DNA of 63,962 bases from an uncultured virus (IMG/VR IMGVR_UViG_3300009376_000002) (IMGVR_UViG_3300009376_000002); one strand, 5' to 3'; shown: positions 37,167-49,818, counted from the stretch's first letter. Numbers and translations: made by a program. Notes: a model not told the origin generated them from the letters alone.

Positions 37167-37520
37167 ATGGCCGAAGAGAAAAAGAACTGGATCCCAGAGA
37201 TCATGTACGAGGAGAGCTCCGGAGATGGCTCTTCAAATCTGCCTTTCATCCAAGTCCCGCAAGACGAGGAGATGCCCAAGCTTTTGTTCATGTTTGAAAG
37301 TCGTCAAACTGAGGACGTAGAGCCTGGACCTGAAGGGGAAGATCTACCTGTTTTTGAGTGGGATCTTCACCAGTATGCGAACATGGCAGTGCTGAAAGAA
37401 GCTCTTCGCCCTGAACTGTTCGATGAGGTCCGGGTCTCACTTGGCTTGCAGACTATGGCTGAAGCAGTCACCGCCGGCCAGCAGATCTCCCAAAACGTCA
37501 GAAATACGCTGGAAGATTAA
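37167..37520 (+). CDS. Hypothetical acidic protein
   Basis: 117 aa ORF with a strong RBS. Confidence 0.7.
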   Translation: MAEEKKNWIPEIMYEESSGDGSSNLPFIQVPQDEEMPKLLFMFESRQTEDVEPGPEGEDLPVFEWDLHQYANMAVLKEALRPELFDEVRVSLGLQTMAEAVTAGQQISQNVRNTLED

Positions 37521-38360
37521 ATGGCATACATCACACGAGAAGATGTTCGATCCACGCTTGTCGATATGCAAGGCTTCTATCAGGAGCTCAAGCAAGTTTT
37601 TCAGAGCAGCGGGATGAATATCGAGGATAATCTAGGTCGGCGCAATATTCTTATGTCACAGGTGCAAGAGGAGTTCCTCGCTCGAGCTCTTAGCAAGCGC
37701 TATGAGAATGTCATAGCTGATGGCGCCCCAGGAAAAGCTGATATCTACATTGCTGACCATGACCGTGAGATCGAGTGTAAATTGACCACTATAAACAAAT
37801 CAGGTGCAATCAGCCTTCAATCTGATTACGAAACCCTCAAGCAGAAGGGTAGCTTGGATTATGTTTATTTCATTGCGTCACCTGACTTTGAAAGCTTCGC
37901 AGTGCTTTACTTCCAGGGTTTGACAGTAGATGATTTTAGAACGCTGTCTAACGGTTCCCGGGGCAAGGTCGCTATGAAGAAGCACGCAGGAATGGAGAAG
38001 GCTGAGATTCTCTGGGGCGGTGTTCAAAAGAAGAATGATCTAGAGCTTGATAAGCTGGCTATTCTTTTTGAAGAAGAGACAGAACGCCATAGATCGAACA
38101 TGCACCGAGTAAACTTCCTCAAGAATGAGATCACCCAGAAGATCTCTACAAAAAAACACATCTCAGGAAAAAGCCTGTCAGATCGCGATCTGAAGTCTGC
38201 AAGTGCCCAGTTTGAAAAGCTATTCGAGAGGCAAGAGCGTGAGCGATCGCGCCATTCAAAAAAAGTAAGAGGATTACTCGATAGAAAAACCTACTGGTTG
38301 TCACAGCCCGGGAAGTACTCATTCTTGCTTGAAAAAGTGTCACATTCTATTGCTGAGTGA
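37521..38360 (+). CDS. PD-(D/E)xK restriction-endonuclease-like protein with a coiled-coil insert
   Basis: QEE...ADIYI...EIECK. Confidence 0.55.
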   Translation: MAYITREDVRSTLVDMQGFYQELKQVFQSSGMNIEDNLGRRNILMSQVQEEFLARALSKRYENVIADGAPGKADIYIADHDREIECKLTTINKSGAISLQSDYETLKQKGSLDYVYFIASPDFESFAVLYFQGLTVDDFRTLSNGSRGKVAMKKHAGMEKAEILWGGVQKKNDLELDKLAILFEEETERHRSNMHRVNFLKNEITQKISTKKHISGKSLSDRDLKSASAQFEKLFERQERERSRHSKKVRGLLDRKTYWLSQPGKYSFLLEKVSHSIAE

Positions 38361-38401
38361 TATTTAAACTACGCATAGACATTTATGCAAGGAGATCAAT
38401 C

Positions 38402-39349
38402 ATGGATTTTAACGCCAAGCGTTTAGCACTCTTAGCCGGCGTCGGTAACCCCGAGGACCGCCACGCAATCGTTCAGGAACAAGCACAGCAGCTTAATGAG
38501 TCTATCGAAGCTCGCCAGACAAGTTCAGACGAAGAAGACGTCCGCAAGGCGGTCCGCCGTACAATCCAAAAGATGGTCTCCGAAGGCGCGATCAACCTCC
38601 AAGAAGACAGTATCGCACGTGAGCTCGAACATCTTAGAGCAAATATTCAAGCTGATCATGATCACATCGCTGCTCTAGTTGATGATATGCACGATGACAA
38701 AGATGAGATCGAGAGAGCTGAGCACCACCGCGAAGAAATGCACGAAGAAGAAGGCTACGGCATCACGGGCGGAGCAATGCACGTCTTTGAAGACGAAGAC
38801 ACAGTTTCCGACGCTGATCTTGCAGACGACCCACAATACGATGATGATGAAGACGAGGACGAGGAATACGATCTCACAGAAGAAGAAGATCGTAAGGCTC
38901 CTTCCAAAGAAGATCTTGAGCGCATGAGAAAGTCTCTTGAGGCAGCAGAGGCAGAAGCCAAGCGCCGAGAGCAACAGAAGAATAAGCAAAACGAAAGCCT
39001 TAGCGAAAACGACGCCAACCTCATGAGACTGCAGAAGCTTGCAGGCCTCCAGATTCTCTCAGAAGGACACCACGGTGATCACATGGAAGAGGATGAGCTT
39101 GAAGAAGACGTGATGGGAACTCAGGGCTTCAACCGAGCTGAGCTGAAAAATTCTGCACCTACAGATGCCACTCTGGATCCTCAAACCGACCAGGACATTG
39201 ACGAAGAAGAGGAAGCTAATCTTTACGAGATGGAAGACGGCACCCTTCAGATGCAGATCGGTGAAAAGCGTTACGTGATGCAAGAGCTTGAAGAAGTTGA
39301 TGCTGTAGAGTTCACTGACGAAGACGGCAATACCTGGGCAAAGCAATAA
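38402..39349 (+). CDS. Acidic tagged putative prohead core/scaffold-like protein
   Basis: KRLALLAGV, VRKAVRRTIQKMVSE and RLQKLAGLQILSE, many LxE sites. ATATTTAA at 38360. Confidence 0.65.
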   Translation: MDFNAKRLALLAGVGNPEDRHAIVQEQAQQLNESIEARQTSSDEEDVRKAVRRTIQKMVSEGAINLQEDSIARELEHLRANIQADHDHIAALVDDMHDDKDEIERAEHHREEMHEEEGYGITGGAMHVFEDEDTVSDADLADDPQYDDDEDEDEEYDLTEEEDRKAPSKEDLERMRKSLEAAEAEAKRREQQKNKQNESLSENDANLMRLQKLAGLQILSEGHHGDHMEEDELEEDVMGTQGFNRAELKNSAPTDATLDPQTDQDIDEEEEANLYEMEDGTLQMQIGEKRYVMQELEEVDAVEFTDEDGNTWAKQ

Positions 39350-39395
39350 GTAAACATCTGATTCTATCATGTTAGAATAAGCTCGGAGGTCCAAA

Positions 39396-39587
39396 ATGAG
39401 ACTACACCCGAGTGCTGTTAAGCGGCTATTGAAGATTTATGACACCTACGGCGGTTACCGCGAGGAAACCAAGTTGCGTCAAGAGCTAGAGAAGCTCGAC
39501 CTGTCTGCGTACCAGCAGCAGCAACCACCCAACAATGAAGTGCTCGTGTGCACTGATGAGCTCCAGGCGGCCCTAAGGAATTTGTAA
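39396..39587 (+). CDS. Hypothetical protein
   Basis: GGAGG RBS; upstream GTAAAC-N17-TAGAAT (39350-39378). Confidence 0.55.
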   Translation: MRLHPSAVKRLLKIYDTYGGYREETKLRQELEKLDLSAYQQQQPPNNEVLVCTDELQAALRNL

Positions 39588-39588
39588 T

Positions 39589-40005
39589 ATGCCGTCTTAT
39601 GATGTCGGTCAAGTTGTTTACGTTGTTTCGTCCCAAAAAATGCAAGTTCTTCCGTTTGTTATTTCGGAAGAGGTAGTTAGAAAGACTCTTGCAGGTCAGG
39701 ATGTTACTTATCTAGTCAAGAGAGACAAGACGAACAAGACGTATAACCTTGCCGATATCCAGGGTGATGTCTATGAGGACATTGACGACGTGCGTAATTC
39801 GCTCATCATTAATGCTACTAATGCTATCGAAAAGATCTGTGATCAATCACGTCGCAAAGGCGAAGCTTTGACATCTGCGTCGAGACAGTCTAAGCCGAAG
39901 TCGCCCTCTAAAGAGACTGTCGTCAATGTACCCACTGACGAGGATCTAAAAAGTTTCGTTTTAGATGACGGAACACGCGTCAGAGTGAATTTACAAGATA
40001 TGTAG
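39589..40005 (+). CDS. Hypothetical protein (GDLV-like N-terminus)
   Basis: YDVGQVVYV. Confidence 0.6.
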   Translation: MPSYDVGQVVYVVSSQKMQVLPFVISEEVVRKTLAGQDVTYLVKRDKTNKTYNLADIQGDVYEDIDDVRNSLIINATNAIEKICDQSRRKGEALTSASRQSKPKSPSKETVVNVPTDEDLKSFVLDDGTRVRVNLQDM

Positions 40006-40023
40006 TCTCTAGAGGGGATTTAC

Positions 40024-42630
40024 ATGCAGCTTGATGAATTTACCGACGTCGCCGGCGACATTATCATGTCGTCGATCCAGAAGGCAAAAAGCTTAAATAA
40101 AGCTCCAGTGCCTGAGTTCATACTTGAAGGTGTCATAGAGCACGCAGATAGCCCTGTGTCTGCAATGATGATCAGCCACAAGATAGACAAGGAAAAGGTT
40201 CTTAGGGAGACTAAGGAATATTTGTCTACGCTCCCTGATGCGCCAGATGTTCATTCGTCTGAAGCGGGCGTTATTACTGTTCACCCGAGACTTGCGGCGC
40301 TTTTAGAGCGCGCCAAGAAGTCAGCTAACGACACCGGGGATGCTTATGTTGATACGCTTACTGTCTTCAAGCAGTTTTACACAGAGGGAACAGACAACAA
40401 GGGTACCCATCTTCTCACTTCTAACGGGATGTCGATGGAGAAAGCAGTATCTTCTTTCAAGAAGATCAGGGGCAACAAGAAGGTCAAGACTCGAAAAGAG
40501 AGGCTAGACTCTAAGGTCCTTGAAAAATACTGCACCAACATGGTTAAGGCTGCTTCATTGGGAGAATTCTCTCCCGTAATCGGTAGAGAGTTTGAGACTC
40601 GAAGAATCATCCAGATCTTATGTAGAAAATCCAAGAACAATCCAATCATTATCGGTGAGTCTGGAGTTGGCAAGACTGCAGTAGTTGAAGGATTGGCACA
40701 GCGGATACACAGAGGTGACGTCCCTGATTTCCTACAGGACTCTGAGCTTTATGAGCTAAGGATATCATCCCTTGTCGGAGGTGCTAAGCACAGAGGGGAT
40801 TTAGAGGAGAGGGTAACTGAGCTCATGGACGTGATCTCCAGCCTTCCCAAGAACATCGTCCTGTTTATCGATGAGATCCACAGCATTGGTAGCACTGGGA
40901 GCGAGACAAGCCTCTCAGACCTTTTTAAACCTGCTCTTAGCAGAAACAAGATTAGGATTATTGGTGCCACTACCCTTGATGAGTACAGAAACTTTATTGA
41001 AAAAGATAAGGCTTTGGAGCGAAGACTCCAGTCTGTCTTTGTAGAGCCGCCAAGTGTTCGTGAGACTGTCGGAATCTTGCGAGGCCTCAGAGATACATAC
41101 GAAGCCTTTCACGGTTTGCACATAAAGGATGCATCGCTTATTACGGCATCTGAGCTATCTGATCGCTATATAACTTTTCGAAATCTTCCTGACAAAGCTA
41201 TTGACCTTATTGACGAAGCTGCAGCAAGAGTAAGAGCAGAGAACGAGATGACGCCTGCTGTAATGTCTGACCTTTCACAGAAGCTCTTAATGATCGACAT
41301 TGAACTTGACTCTCTTCGAAAAGAATCAGATGATGATGCTAAGGAAGAGATTAATGAGCTTGAGAAAGAGCGTGCCAACGCCCAGGAAAAACTTAGTACA
41401 CTCCAGCGAAAATTTGACACGGAAAAAGGTGTGATTGATCGATATCGAAAGGCTAAGGCGGCAAAACTAAAAGTAGAATCCAGGTTGGCAGATGCTCAAG
41501 CCGGCGGCGCTGATAGAGATGACTATTTCCGCATGAAAGTGGAGGATCTACCCAAAGTAGAAGAAGATCTTAGAGATGCCCAGCAAGCTTTCCACCAACT
41601 CCGCCAGTCAGGTGAACTAATGGTAAAAGAGGAGATAAGCCCACTCGAGATAGCTCAAGTGATCTCAGATTGGATCGGTATTCCAGCTGAGAACTTATCT
41701 AAGTCTGATCGAGAGAAGCTCGCAACGCTAAGGGAGGATATCGAGGCACAAGTTTACGGTCAGCCCGATGCTGTGAAAGGCGTATCAGATGCGATCATTC
41801 GTTCTCGTGCAGGCCTCTCAGATGAGTCAAGACCGATCGGATCTTTTCTGTTCTTGGGCCCATCAGGTGTAGGAAAGACATGGCTTGCTAAATGTTTAGC
41901 GAAACTGATGTTCGATGACTACGAGCACATGATTAGAATTGACATGTCAGAATACGGTGAAAAGCATTCTGTGTCTCGCTTGGTAGGCGCTCCTCCAGGG
42001 TACGTCGGTTTTGAACAAGGCGGCCAGCTGACTGAAGCAGTTAGAAGACGACCGTATTCTATTGTACTACTTGATGAGATCGAGAAGGCACACCCAGAAG
42101 TGTTTGATGTTTTGCTTCAGGTCTTAGATGACGGAAGGCTTACGGACGGACAAGGTCGAGTAGTAAACTTTAAGAATACCATTATCATCATGACATCCAA
42201 TATCGGATCGCATCTTTTGCTCGAAGCATTATCCTCGACAGGCGAGGTGTCTAATGCCGTTCGTGAGCAAGTCATCACTTTGCTTCGAGCCAAGTATAGA
42301 CCTGAGATCTTGAACAGAATCGATGAGATCGTTGTGTTCAATCCACTATCCAAAGATCTTCTAGGAAAGATCGCGATCACCTGCTTAGAAGAAGTTAGAG
42401 ATAGGCTGTCTAAGAAGAAGATAAAGATTGAGTGGACAGACCAGCTAATACAATATTTGAACAGCCAGCAGTATGACCCATCCCAAGGTGCTCGAGGAAT
42501 GAAGTCCTTTGTCAAGAAGCACGTTGAGACAGATATCGCCTCTGCCATCGTTCATAATCATGACGTGTCAAGCTTTAAGATTGATGTAGTGGATGATAAA
42601 GTGCAAATTCAACCCGTAGAGAATAATTAG
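40024..42630 (+). CDS. clpB: ClpB-type AAA+ disaggregase
   Basis: Two AAA modules (GESGVGKT/FIDE and GPSGVGKT/LLDEIEKAH), coiled-coil M domain, GAPPGYVG. Confidence 0.92.
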   Translation: MQLDEFTDVAGDIIMSSIQKAKSLNKAPVPEFILEGVIEHADSPVSAMMISHKIDKEKVLRETKEYLSTLPDAPDVHSSEAGVITVHPRLAALLERAKKSANDTGDAYVDTLTVFKQFYTEGTDNKGTHLLTSNGMSMEKAVSSFKKIRGNKKVKTRKERLDSKVLEKYCTNMVKAASLGEFSPVIGREFETRRIIQILCRKSKNNPIIIGESGVGKTAVVEGLAQRIHRGDVPDFLQDSELYELRISSLVGGAKHRGDLEERVTELMDVISSLPKNIVLFIDEIHSIGSTGSETSLSDLFKPALSRNKIRIIGATTLDEYRNFIEKDKALERRLQSVFVEPPSVRETVGILRGLRDTYEAFHGLHIKDASLITASELSDRYITFRNLPDKAIDLIDEAAARVRAENEMTPAVMSDLSQKLLMIDIELDSLRKESDDDAKEEINELEKERANAQEKLSTLQRKFDTEKGVIDRYRKAKAAKLKVESRLADAQAGGADRDDYFRMKVEDLPKVEEDLRDAQQAFHQLRQSGELMVKEEISPLEIAQVISDWIGIPAENLSKSDREKLATLREDIEAQVYGQPDAVKGVSDAIIRSRAGLSDESRPIGSFLFLGPSGVGKTWLAKCLAKLMFDDYEHMIRIDMSEYGEKHSVSRLVGAPPGYVGFEQGGQLTEAVRRRPYSIVLLDEIEKAHPEVFDVLLQVLDDGRLTDGQGRVVNFKNTIIIMTSNIGSHLLLEALSSTGEVSNAVREQVITLLRAKYRPEILNRIDEIVVFNPLSKDLLGKIAITCLEEVRDRLSKKKIKIEWTDQLIQYLNSQQYDPSQGARGMKSFVKKHVETDIASAIVHNHDVSSFKIDVVDDKVQIQPVENN

Positions 42631-42634
42631 TAAC

Positions 42635-42967
42635 ATGGCAAGCACACGCATCATAAATGAACAGGCTTTCGGTCGATCAGACCTGATACGCCCATCTGAA
42701 GCGCACTACATCCTTGTTTACCCAAAGGGAGTGCTTCTTAATAACGTTCTCACAAACATTCGAATCCTGCGAGGTGTCGCTACTGTGTACCAGCGTGACA
42801 CAATTACGAAGTCTGGTAATCGCTCATTCGTACCGATTGAGATTGGATTCATCGTCCCGGAAGGGTATGGCGGACGTGAGAAGTTTGAAGAAGATATGAC
42901 AGCTTCGATCAAGAAGATCAAGGGTGTTTCCGAGCTGAGAAAGCACAAAGCTAACCCCAAGAAATAG
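42635..42967 (+). CDS. Hypothetical protein
   Basis: 110 aa ORF preceded by ATAATTAG (late-type variant). Confidence 0.6.
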   Translation: MASTRIINEQAFGRSDLIRPSEAHYILVYPKGVLLNNVLTNIRILRGVATVYQRDTITKSGNRSFVPIEIGFIVPEGYGGREKFEEDMTASIKKIKGVSELRKHKANPKK

Positions 42968-42995
42968 TGTAAATCACGATCTCGTATGATATAAT
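42967..42995 (+). promoter_or_regulatory. Promoter GTGTAA-N17-TATAAT
   Basis: Exact spacing upstream of the flap endonuclease gene. Confidence 0.7.
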
Positions 42996-43012
42996 CTCTG
43001 CGGAGATAATCA

Positions 43013-43831
43013 ATGCGTGTACTCATTCTTGACGGCCACAATCTTATCCATCGTGCCCGAGCCGGCTACCATCGAGGCGACCACTCAGTAACGTTCATGT
43101 TCTTTAGGTCTCTTCGGCCCCTTGTGGAGAAGATGAACCCTGACAAGGTCTACTTTGTCCTGGAGGGAAGTCCCAAGAAGCGGATCGCAACCGACGCCAA
43201 CTACAAGGCCAATCGAAAGATCGACGAGACAGATCCTAAGTGGCAGGCGATGCAGGACTTCTTTAGGCAGAAAGACGAATGCGTGGAGCTCCTTTACAAA
43301 GCGTTCCCGTTCAGCATTGTCCGCCATCCTGATTTTGAAGCAGACGACATCATTGCTCACTACGCAAGGTTGCACAAGGAAGATGACGTCATCATCGCCT
43401 CAGGTGATTCTGATTTCATTCAGCTGCTAACGGATGAGAACCCGCAGATCAAGCTTTACCATCCGATTAAAAAAGACTTCGTCATCCCTCCTGACTACAA
43501 CTATCTGGAGTGGAAGGCTATTCGTGGTGATGCCACAGACAATGTGCCCGGGATTCCTCGCCACGGTGACAAGACTGCTGAGAAGATCATGCGTGATCCG
43601 GAGCTCTTTGCTAAGAAGATGGAGGATCCTGAGTGGAAAGCACACTTCGAACTCAATCTCAGCTTGATCCGAATCGATCCCTTGACAGAAGATGAGATTG
43701 CCGGCATTCACGTTGTTGAACCGGGCTTACATCCAGGCTTAATCCAAGAGCAGTTTCAGACTTGGGAGTTTAGCTTTGCGTCTAAAGAGAAGCCTTGGAA
43801 TACCTTCGTCCAGACGTTTTCTGCTGTATAA
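43013..43831 (+). CDS. 5'-3' exonuclease/flap endonuclease (PolA N-terminal or T4 RNase H-like)
   Basis: LDG.N, YKANR, EADD, SGDSD and GDATDNVPG. Confidence 0.9.
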   Translation: MRVLILDGHNLIHRARAGYHRGDHSVTFMFFRSLRPLVEKMNPDKVYFVLEGSPKKRIATDANYKANRKIDETDPKWQAMQDFFRQKDECVELLYKAFPFSIVRHPDFEADDIIAHYARLHKEDDVIIASGDSDFIQLLTDENPQIKLYHPIKKDFVIPPDYNYLEWKAIRGDATDNVPGIPRHGDKTAEKIMRDPELFAKKMEDPEWKAHFELNLSLIRIDPLTEDEIAGIHVVEPGLHPGLIQEQFQTWEFSFASKEKPWNTFVQTFSAV

Positions 43832-43871
43832 TTGAACATTTGACAAAGATTGTGATACATAATAGCTGCCT

Positions 43872-44138
43872 ATGAATAATCTTAAAAAACTTTTTAAAGC
43901 CTCCACCCGAGAGATAAAAATCGGGGACACACTTCAAACCGTTAAAACTTACCAGTGCAAGAAAGGGTGCGGATACAACAATTCTCGCCCCGATCCTGAT
44001 AAAAAGACTTGCCCTGGATGCGACTACAAAGAGAAGATTGAGAAGCAGATAGCTGCCGAAGGCACTCTGCGAACCAAGTCTGGTGCCCCCAAAAGAAAAG
44101 GCGGCAACTTTCGTGAAGTAAATAAGGGTGATGATTAG
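43872..44138 (+). CDS. Small Zn-ribbon protein
   Basis: CKKGC...CPGC. Confidence 0.55.
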   Translation: MNNLKKLFKASTREIKIGDTLQTVKTYQCKKGCGYNNSRPDPDKKTCPGCDYKEKIEKQIAAEGTLRTKSGAPKRKGGNFREVNKGDD

Positions 44139-44146
44139 GAGGGCGA

Positions 44147-44950
44147 ATGCCTGAAGGTCCTGAGTGTAGGCGCATGGCGCTCCAGCTATCTGAAGAAGTT
44201 TCAAACAAAAGATTGATCGATATCGTCGTGGAAAGCGGCAGATACACCAAGAAACCCATAGTAGGGATTGATGAGATTCTACAAGAGACACCTTTGAAAA
44301 TTCAGGGTGCCGGAGTTCACGGTAAGTTTATCTTTTTTCTACTGGATAACGAGTGGTCGATCTGGAACACTTTAGGAATGTCCGGTCGATGGTCTAGAAA
44401 CCACGAAAAGCACTCGCGAGTAAGGCTTGTTCTTGATGACGGCCCAGTATTTTTTAATGATACCAGAAATTTTGGGACGCTTAAGTTCGTTCATGGAAAA
44501 CAGCCCATTATTGATAAGCTTAACTCTCTTGGTCCGGACTTGTTAGCAGAAGAATGCACTGATGAAATGTTTATTAAGAGTCTAAGAAGAAAAGATAAAA
44601 AGACCATAGTAGAAGCTTTGATGGACCAGTCAGTGGTATCAGGTATTGGAAACTATGTCAAAGCTGAAGTCCTGTACTTGTGCAAGCTTTCTCCTCACCG
44701 CGTCGTCTCTTCGCTGACTGACATGGACCTCAAGAATTTAAATCTTGCAACTAGGTCTGTCCTAGTTAGTTCTTTTGATAGCGGAGGGGCAACAATCCAG
44801 TCATATAGAAATTTTTATGGAGAGGCAGGAGATGCCTCTCAAAAATTTGCCGTGTATGGTCGAAAGAATGATCCTCAAGGAAGAGGGGTAATTAAAGAGC
44901 AGACTAAGGATGGAAGAACAACGCACTGGGTTCCGGAAGTTCAAAAGTGA
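44147..44950 (+). CDS. mutM: Fpg/Nei DNA glycosylase, zincless-finger type
   Basis: MPEGPE, GK, LGMSG, D.RNFG, H2TH GIGNY and GRTT; no C-terminal Cys4. Confidence 0.85.
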   Translation: MPEGPECRRMALQLSEEVSNKRLIDIVVESGRYTKKPIVGIDEILQETPLKIQGAGVHGKFIFFLLDNEWSIWNTLGMSGRWSRNHEKHSRVRLVLDDGPVFFNDTRNFGTLKFVHGKQPIIDKLNSLGPDLLAEECTDEMFIKSLRRKDKKTIVEALMDQSVVSGIGNYVKAEVLYLCKLSPHRVVSSLTDMDLKNLNLATRSVLVSSFDSGGATIQSYRNFYGEAGDASQKFAVYGRKNDPQGRGVIKEQTKDGRTTHWVPEVQK

Positions 44951-44986
44951 CATTTACTTAGCCACACGTCTAAGATAATATCACAT

Positions 44987-45215
44987 ATGATTAACGTAGC
45001 CCACATAGGGTCAGGATCTATCTCAGAATACCAGATCGTGACTATGAAAAGCTCTTCCTTTAAAAAGGTCGCCGACTTTGAAGCTCTTGATACTAATATG
45101 GCTTCTTTTTACAAGACTTATAGGCAGGTTTTGTCTGTGACCTATGGGCTCAAACCTCGAGAACTTATACTTTTGCCGAAAGTAAGCAGTATGTTAAAAC
45201 TATGGAGATCAGCAA

Positions 45216-45229
<14 letters not shown>
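44987..45229 (+). CDS. Hypothetical protein
   Basis: 80 aa ORF. Confidence 0.45.
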
Positions 45230-47743
<2,514 letters not shown>

Positions 47744-47754
47744 TATGTACTTAC

Positions 47755-47934
47755 ATGAAAGACAAGTTCTTAAGATTTTATCCTATCATGATCTCTTTCT
47801 GGGGATCCTGCCTTATTCTTGACATTATTTTTCTGCCTTTTACAGGGATGCGACTCGCCTGGCCTATTTGCATGGCCTATTATGCGATGAGGTGGCACGA
47901 CATGAAAGACTGGAGCGATAAATTAGATGAGTGA
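47755..47934 (+). CDS. Small membrane protein, 59 aa (not in the ORF track)
   Basis: MKDKFLRFYPIMISFWGSCLILDIIFLPF...; fills the intergenic gap. Confidence 0.45.
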   Translation: MKDKFLRFYPIMISFWGSCLILDIIFLPFTGMRLAWPICMAYYAMRWHDMKDWSDKLDE

Positions 47935-48364
47935 TTGGCGATGTTTAGAGGGCGCGCCAAGAGATATTAAATCTCATTTGTCAAAATTTCTTAATAAGGG
48001 ATATGAGCTGCACGTAGGCTGTGATTCCCACCAGTACTCTGACTACACACGCCTTGTCTCAGTTATCTGCCTTCGAAAAGGACCAAATGGTGTAATAACT
48101 TTTCGAACTGTCCTCAACGAAAAGCCTTCATCTAGCATATACCTAAAACTTCAACGCGAAGTATTAAAAGCGATCGAGATCGCTCAGCTTGCCGGGGATC
48201 TGGGATACGAAAACATTACAGTGCATCTAGATATCAACCCAGATGACAAGTATATTTCTAACAAATTTTATAAAGAGTTTGTAAACATGGTGAAAGGATG
48301 TGGGTATAAATGCATTACGAAACCAGATGCATTTGCAGCATCCATAGCAGATATGTTTACGTGA
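47927..48364 (+). CDS. YkuK/DUF458 RNase H-like protein
   Basis: VGCDS, LQREV, VHLDIN and KPDAFAAS.AD. Confidence 0.75.
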   Translation: MSDWRCLEGAPRDIKSHLSKFLNKGYELHVGCDSHQYSDYTRLVSVICLRKGPNGVITFRTVLNEKPSSSIYLKLQREVLKAIEIAQLAGDLGYENITVHLDINPDDKYISNKFYKEFVNMVKGCGYKCITKPDAFAASIADMFT

Positions 48365-48371
48365 GGTACAT

Positions 48372-48761
48372 GTGAAAAAACTACTACAGACAACAAGACA
48401 GAGAATTGATGCCCTTACAGCTCTTCAAGACATCACCCTTCAGCAGAGAGAGAACGTAGTCCAGGCAGGACAAAGCCATGCAGACAGTGCTTCAAATCAG
48501 ACTGCCATCCAGGTATCTGAAAAATGGGCAAATCTTCGAGCATCCGATGCATTCTCTCGAGGCAAATCTCTTGGGTATGCAAATGCATGTAATGATTTCC
48601 TGGCAATGCTTGATGCGTTGGCGTCGTCAATATCTTCTGAGGCCGCTCATCTCGAAGAGCTTTTTGTGAAAATGGAATCATTTATTGAATCCGAACCAGA
48701 GGATGATGCCAGCGAGGACGACTTGGTCCCTTTGGGCTTAGGCGAGAGCTCTACAGGCTAG
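48372..48761 (+). CDS. Hypothetical helical protein
   Basis: GTG start with GAGG RBS. Confidence 0.55.
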   Translation: MKKLLQTTRQRIDALTALQDITLQQRENVVQAGQSHADSASNQTAIQVSEKWANLRASDAFSRGKSLGYANACNDFLAMLDALASSISSEAAHLEELFVKMESFIESEPEDDASEDDLVPLGLGESSTG

Positions 48762-48928
48762 ATCTCATAAAGCGCGCATACCTAGCCCTTTTCAGTTTGC
48801 CAGATTACAAAAGATCGATGCTACAGCAAGAGGTAGTCCGAGTTAGAAATAGAATTCGGTACTTTGAAAATCAATCTTAGAAGTTTCCTTTTTGATCCTC
48901 TATTTATATGCGTAAGGATATCTTGTAA

Positions 48929-49345
48929 ATGAGTAGTCAGTTTTCACCTGCAGCCGGAGTCGTGATCTTAAAGCATATGGACGGAGATTATCATGTTCTT
49001 TGTCTTAAGACAAAAAGTGGCAAATATGATTTAACCAAGGGGATTATCGACCCGGGTGAAGATCCTTTTGAGACCGCCCTGCGCGAAGCCTACGAAGAAG
49101 CAAACATCTCAGAGATCGATTTTCCTTTTGGTAGGCAGTCCCTTCACCATGATGCATGTGAGATGTTTGTAGGGATAACAACAGAAGAACCTGAGATACG
49201 CCCAAACCCCCACAACGGAGTGCTTGAGCATACTGGCTACAGGTGGATCCCCATCTTAGATGCAGTAAATTCAGACAGGATCAAGGGATTTCTGCAACCT
49301 TCTGTTATGTTTGCTTACAACCTCATTAGAGATAAACAACTTTAA
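48929..49345 (+). CDS. NUDIX hydrolase (Ap4A-hydrolase-like)
   Basis: KGIIDPGE...TALREAYEEA Nudix box. Confidence 0.85.
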   Translation: MSSQFSPAAGVVILKHMDGDYHVLCLKTKSGKYDLTKGIIDPGEDPFETALREAYEEANISEIDFPFGRQSLHHDACEMFVGITTEEPEIRPNPHNGVLEHTGYRWIPILDAVNSDRIKGFLQPSVMFAYNLIRDKQL

Positions 49346-49365
49346 AATTTAATGTAATATCGTGC

Positions 49366-49791
49366 ATGGATACTTGGAAGCCACCTCGATCGCCCTACAA
49401 GCTTATTCAAGAGGATCTTTATGATGACCCTTGGAAAGTGCTGGTTGCTTGCGTCTTTTGCAACCTTACAAGGCGGAATACAGCAGAGCCCTTGCTTTGG
49501 CAGTTCTTCTCTGACTATCCTACACCCTTTGCTGCATCTAGTGCAGATATCAAGCAACTTGAAAATCTGCTCAAGCCAATAGGCCTCAGTTCACGCCGGG
49601 CAAAAACGCTTAAGAAGATGTCTAGCGAGTATATTTCTATTGACTGGAAAGAGCCGATTGAGCTTTACGGCATAGGAAAATACGGTAACGATGCATGGAA
49701 AATATTTTGCACGAATGACTGGAAAAGCGTTACACCTAAAGATCATGCGCTAAGCTGGTATCATACGTGGTTATTGGAAAATTTCAACTAA
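49366..49791 (+). CDS. MBD4-like HhH-GPD mismatch DNA glycosylase
   Basis: SPY.LIQE.L..DPW...AC...N.T, LYGIGKYGND and V.P.DH.L..Y..WL. Confidence 0.8.
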   Translation: MDTWKPPRSPYKLIQEDLYDDPWKVLVACVFCNLTRRNTAEPLLWQFFSDYPTPFAASSADIKQLENLLKPIGLSSRRAKTLKKMSSEYISIDWKEPIELYGIGKYGNDAWKIFCTNDWKSVTPKDHALSWYHTWLLENFN

Positions 49792-49818
49792 ATTCATAAT
49801 TAAGATAGGAATACTAAG

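Noticed and set aside
48730..48880. Possible small ORF in the gap before the NUDIX gene (GLRRELYRLDLIKRAYL...)
   Set aside because: The frame is open for about 50 codons but has no convincing start codon or RBS near its 5' end.
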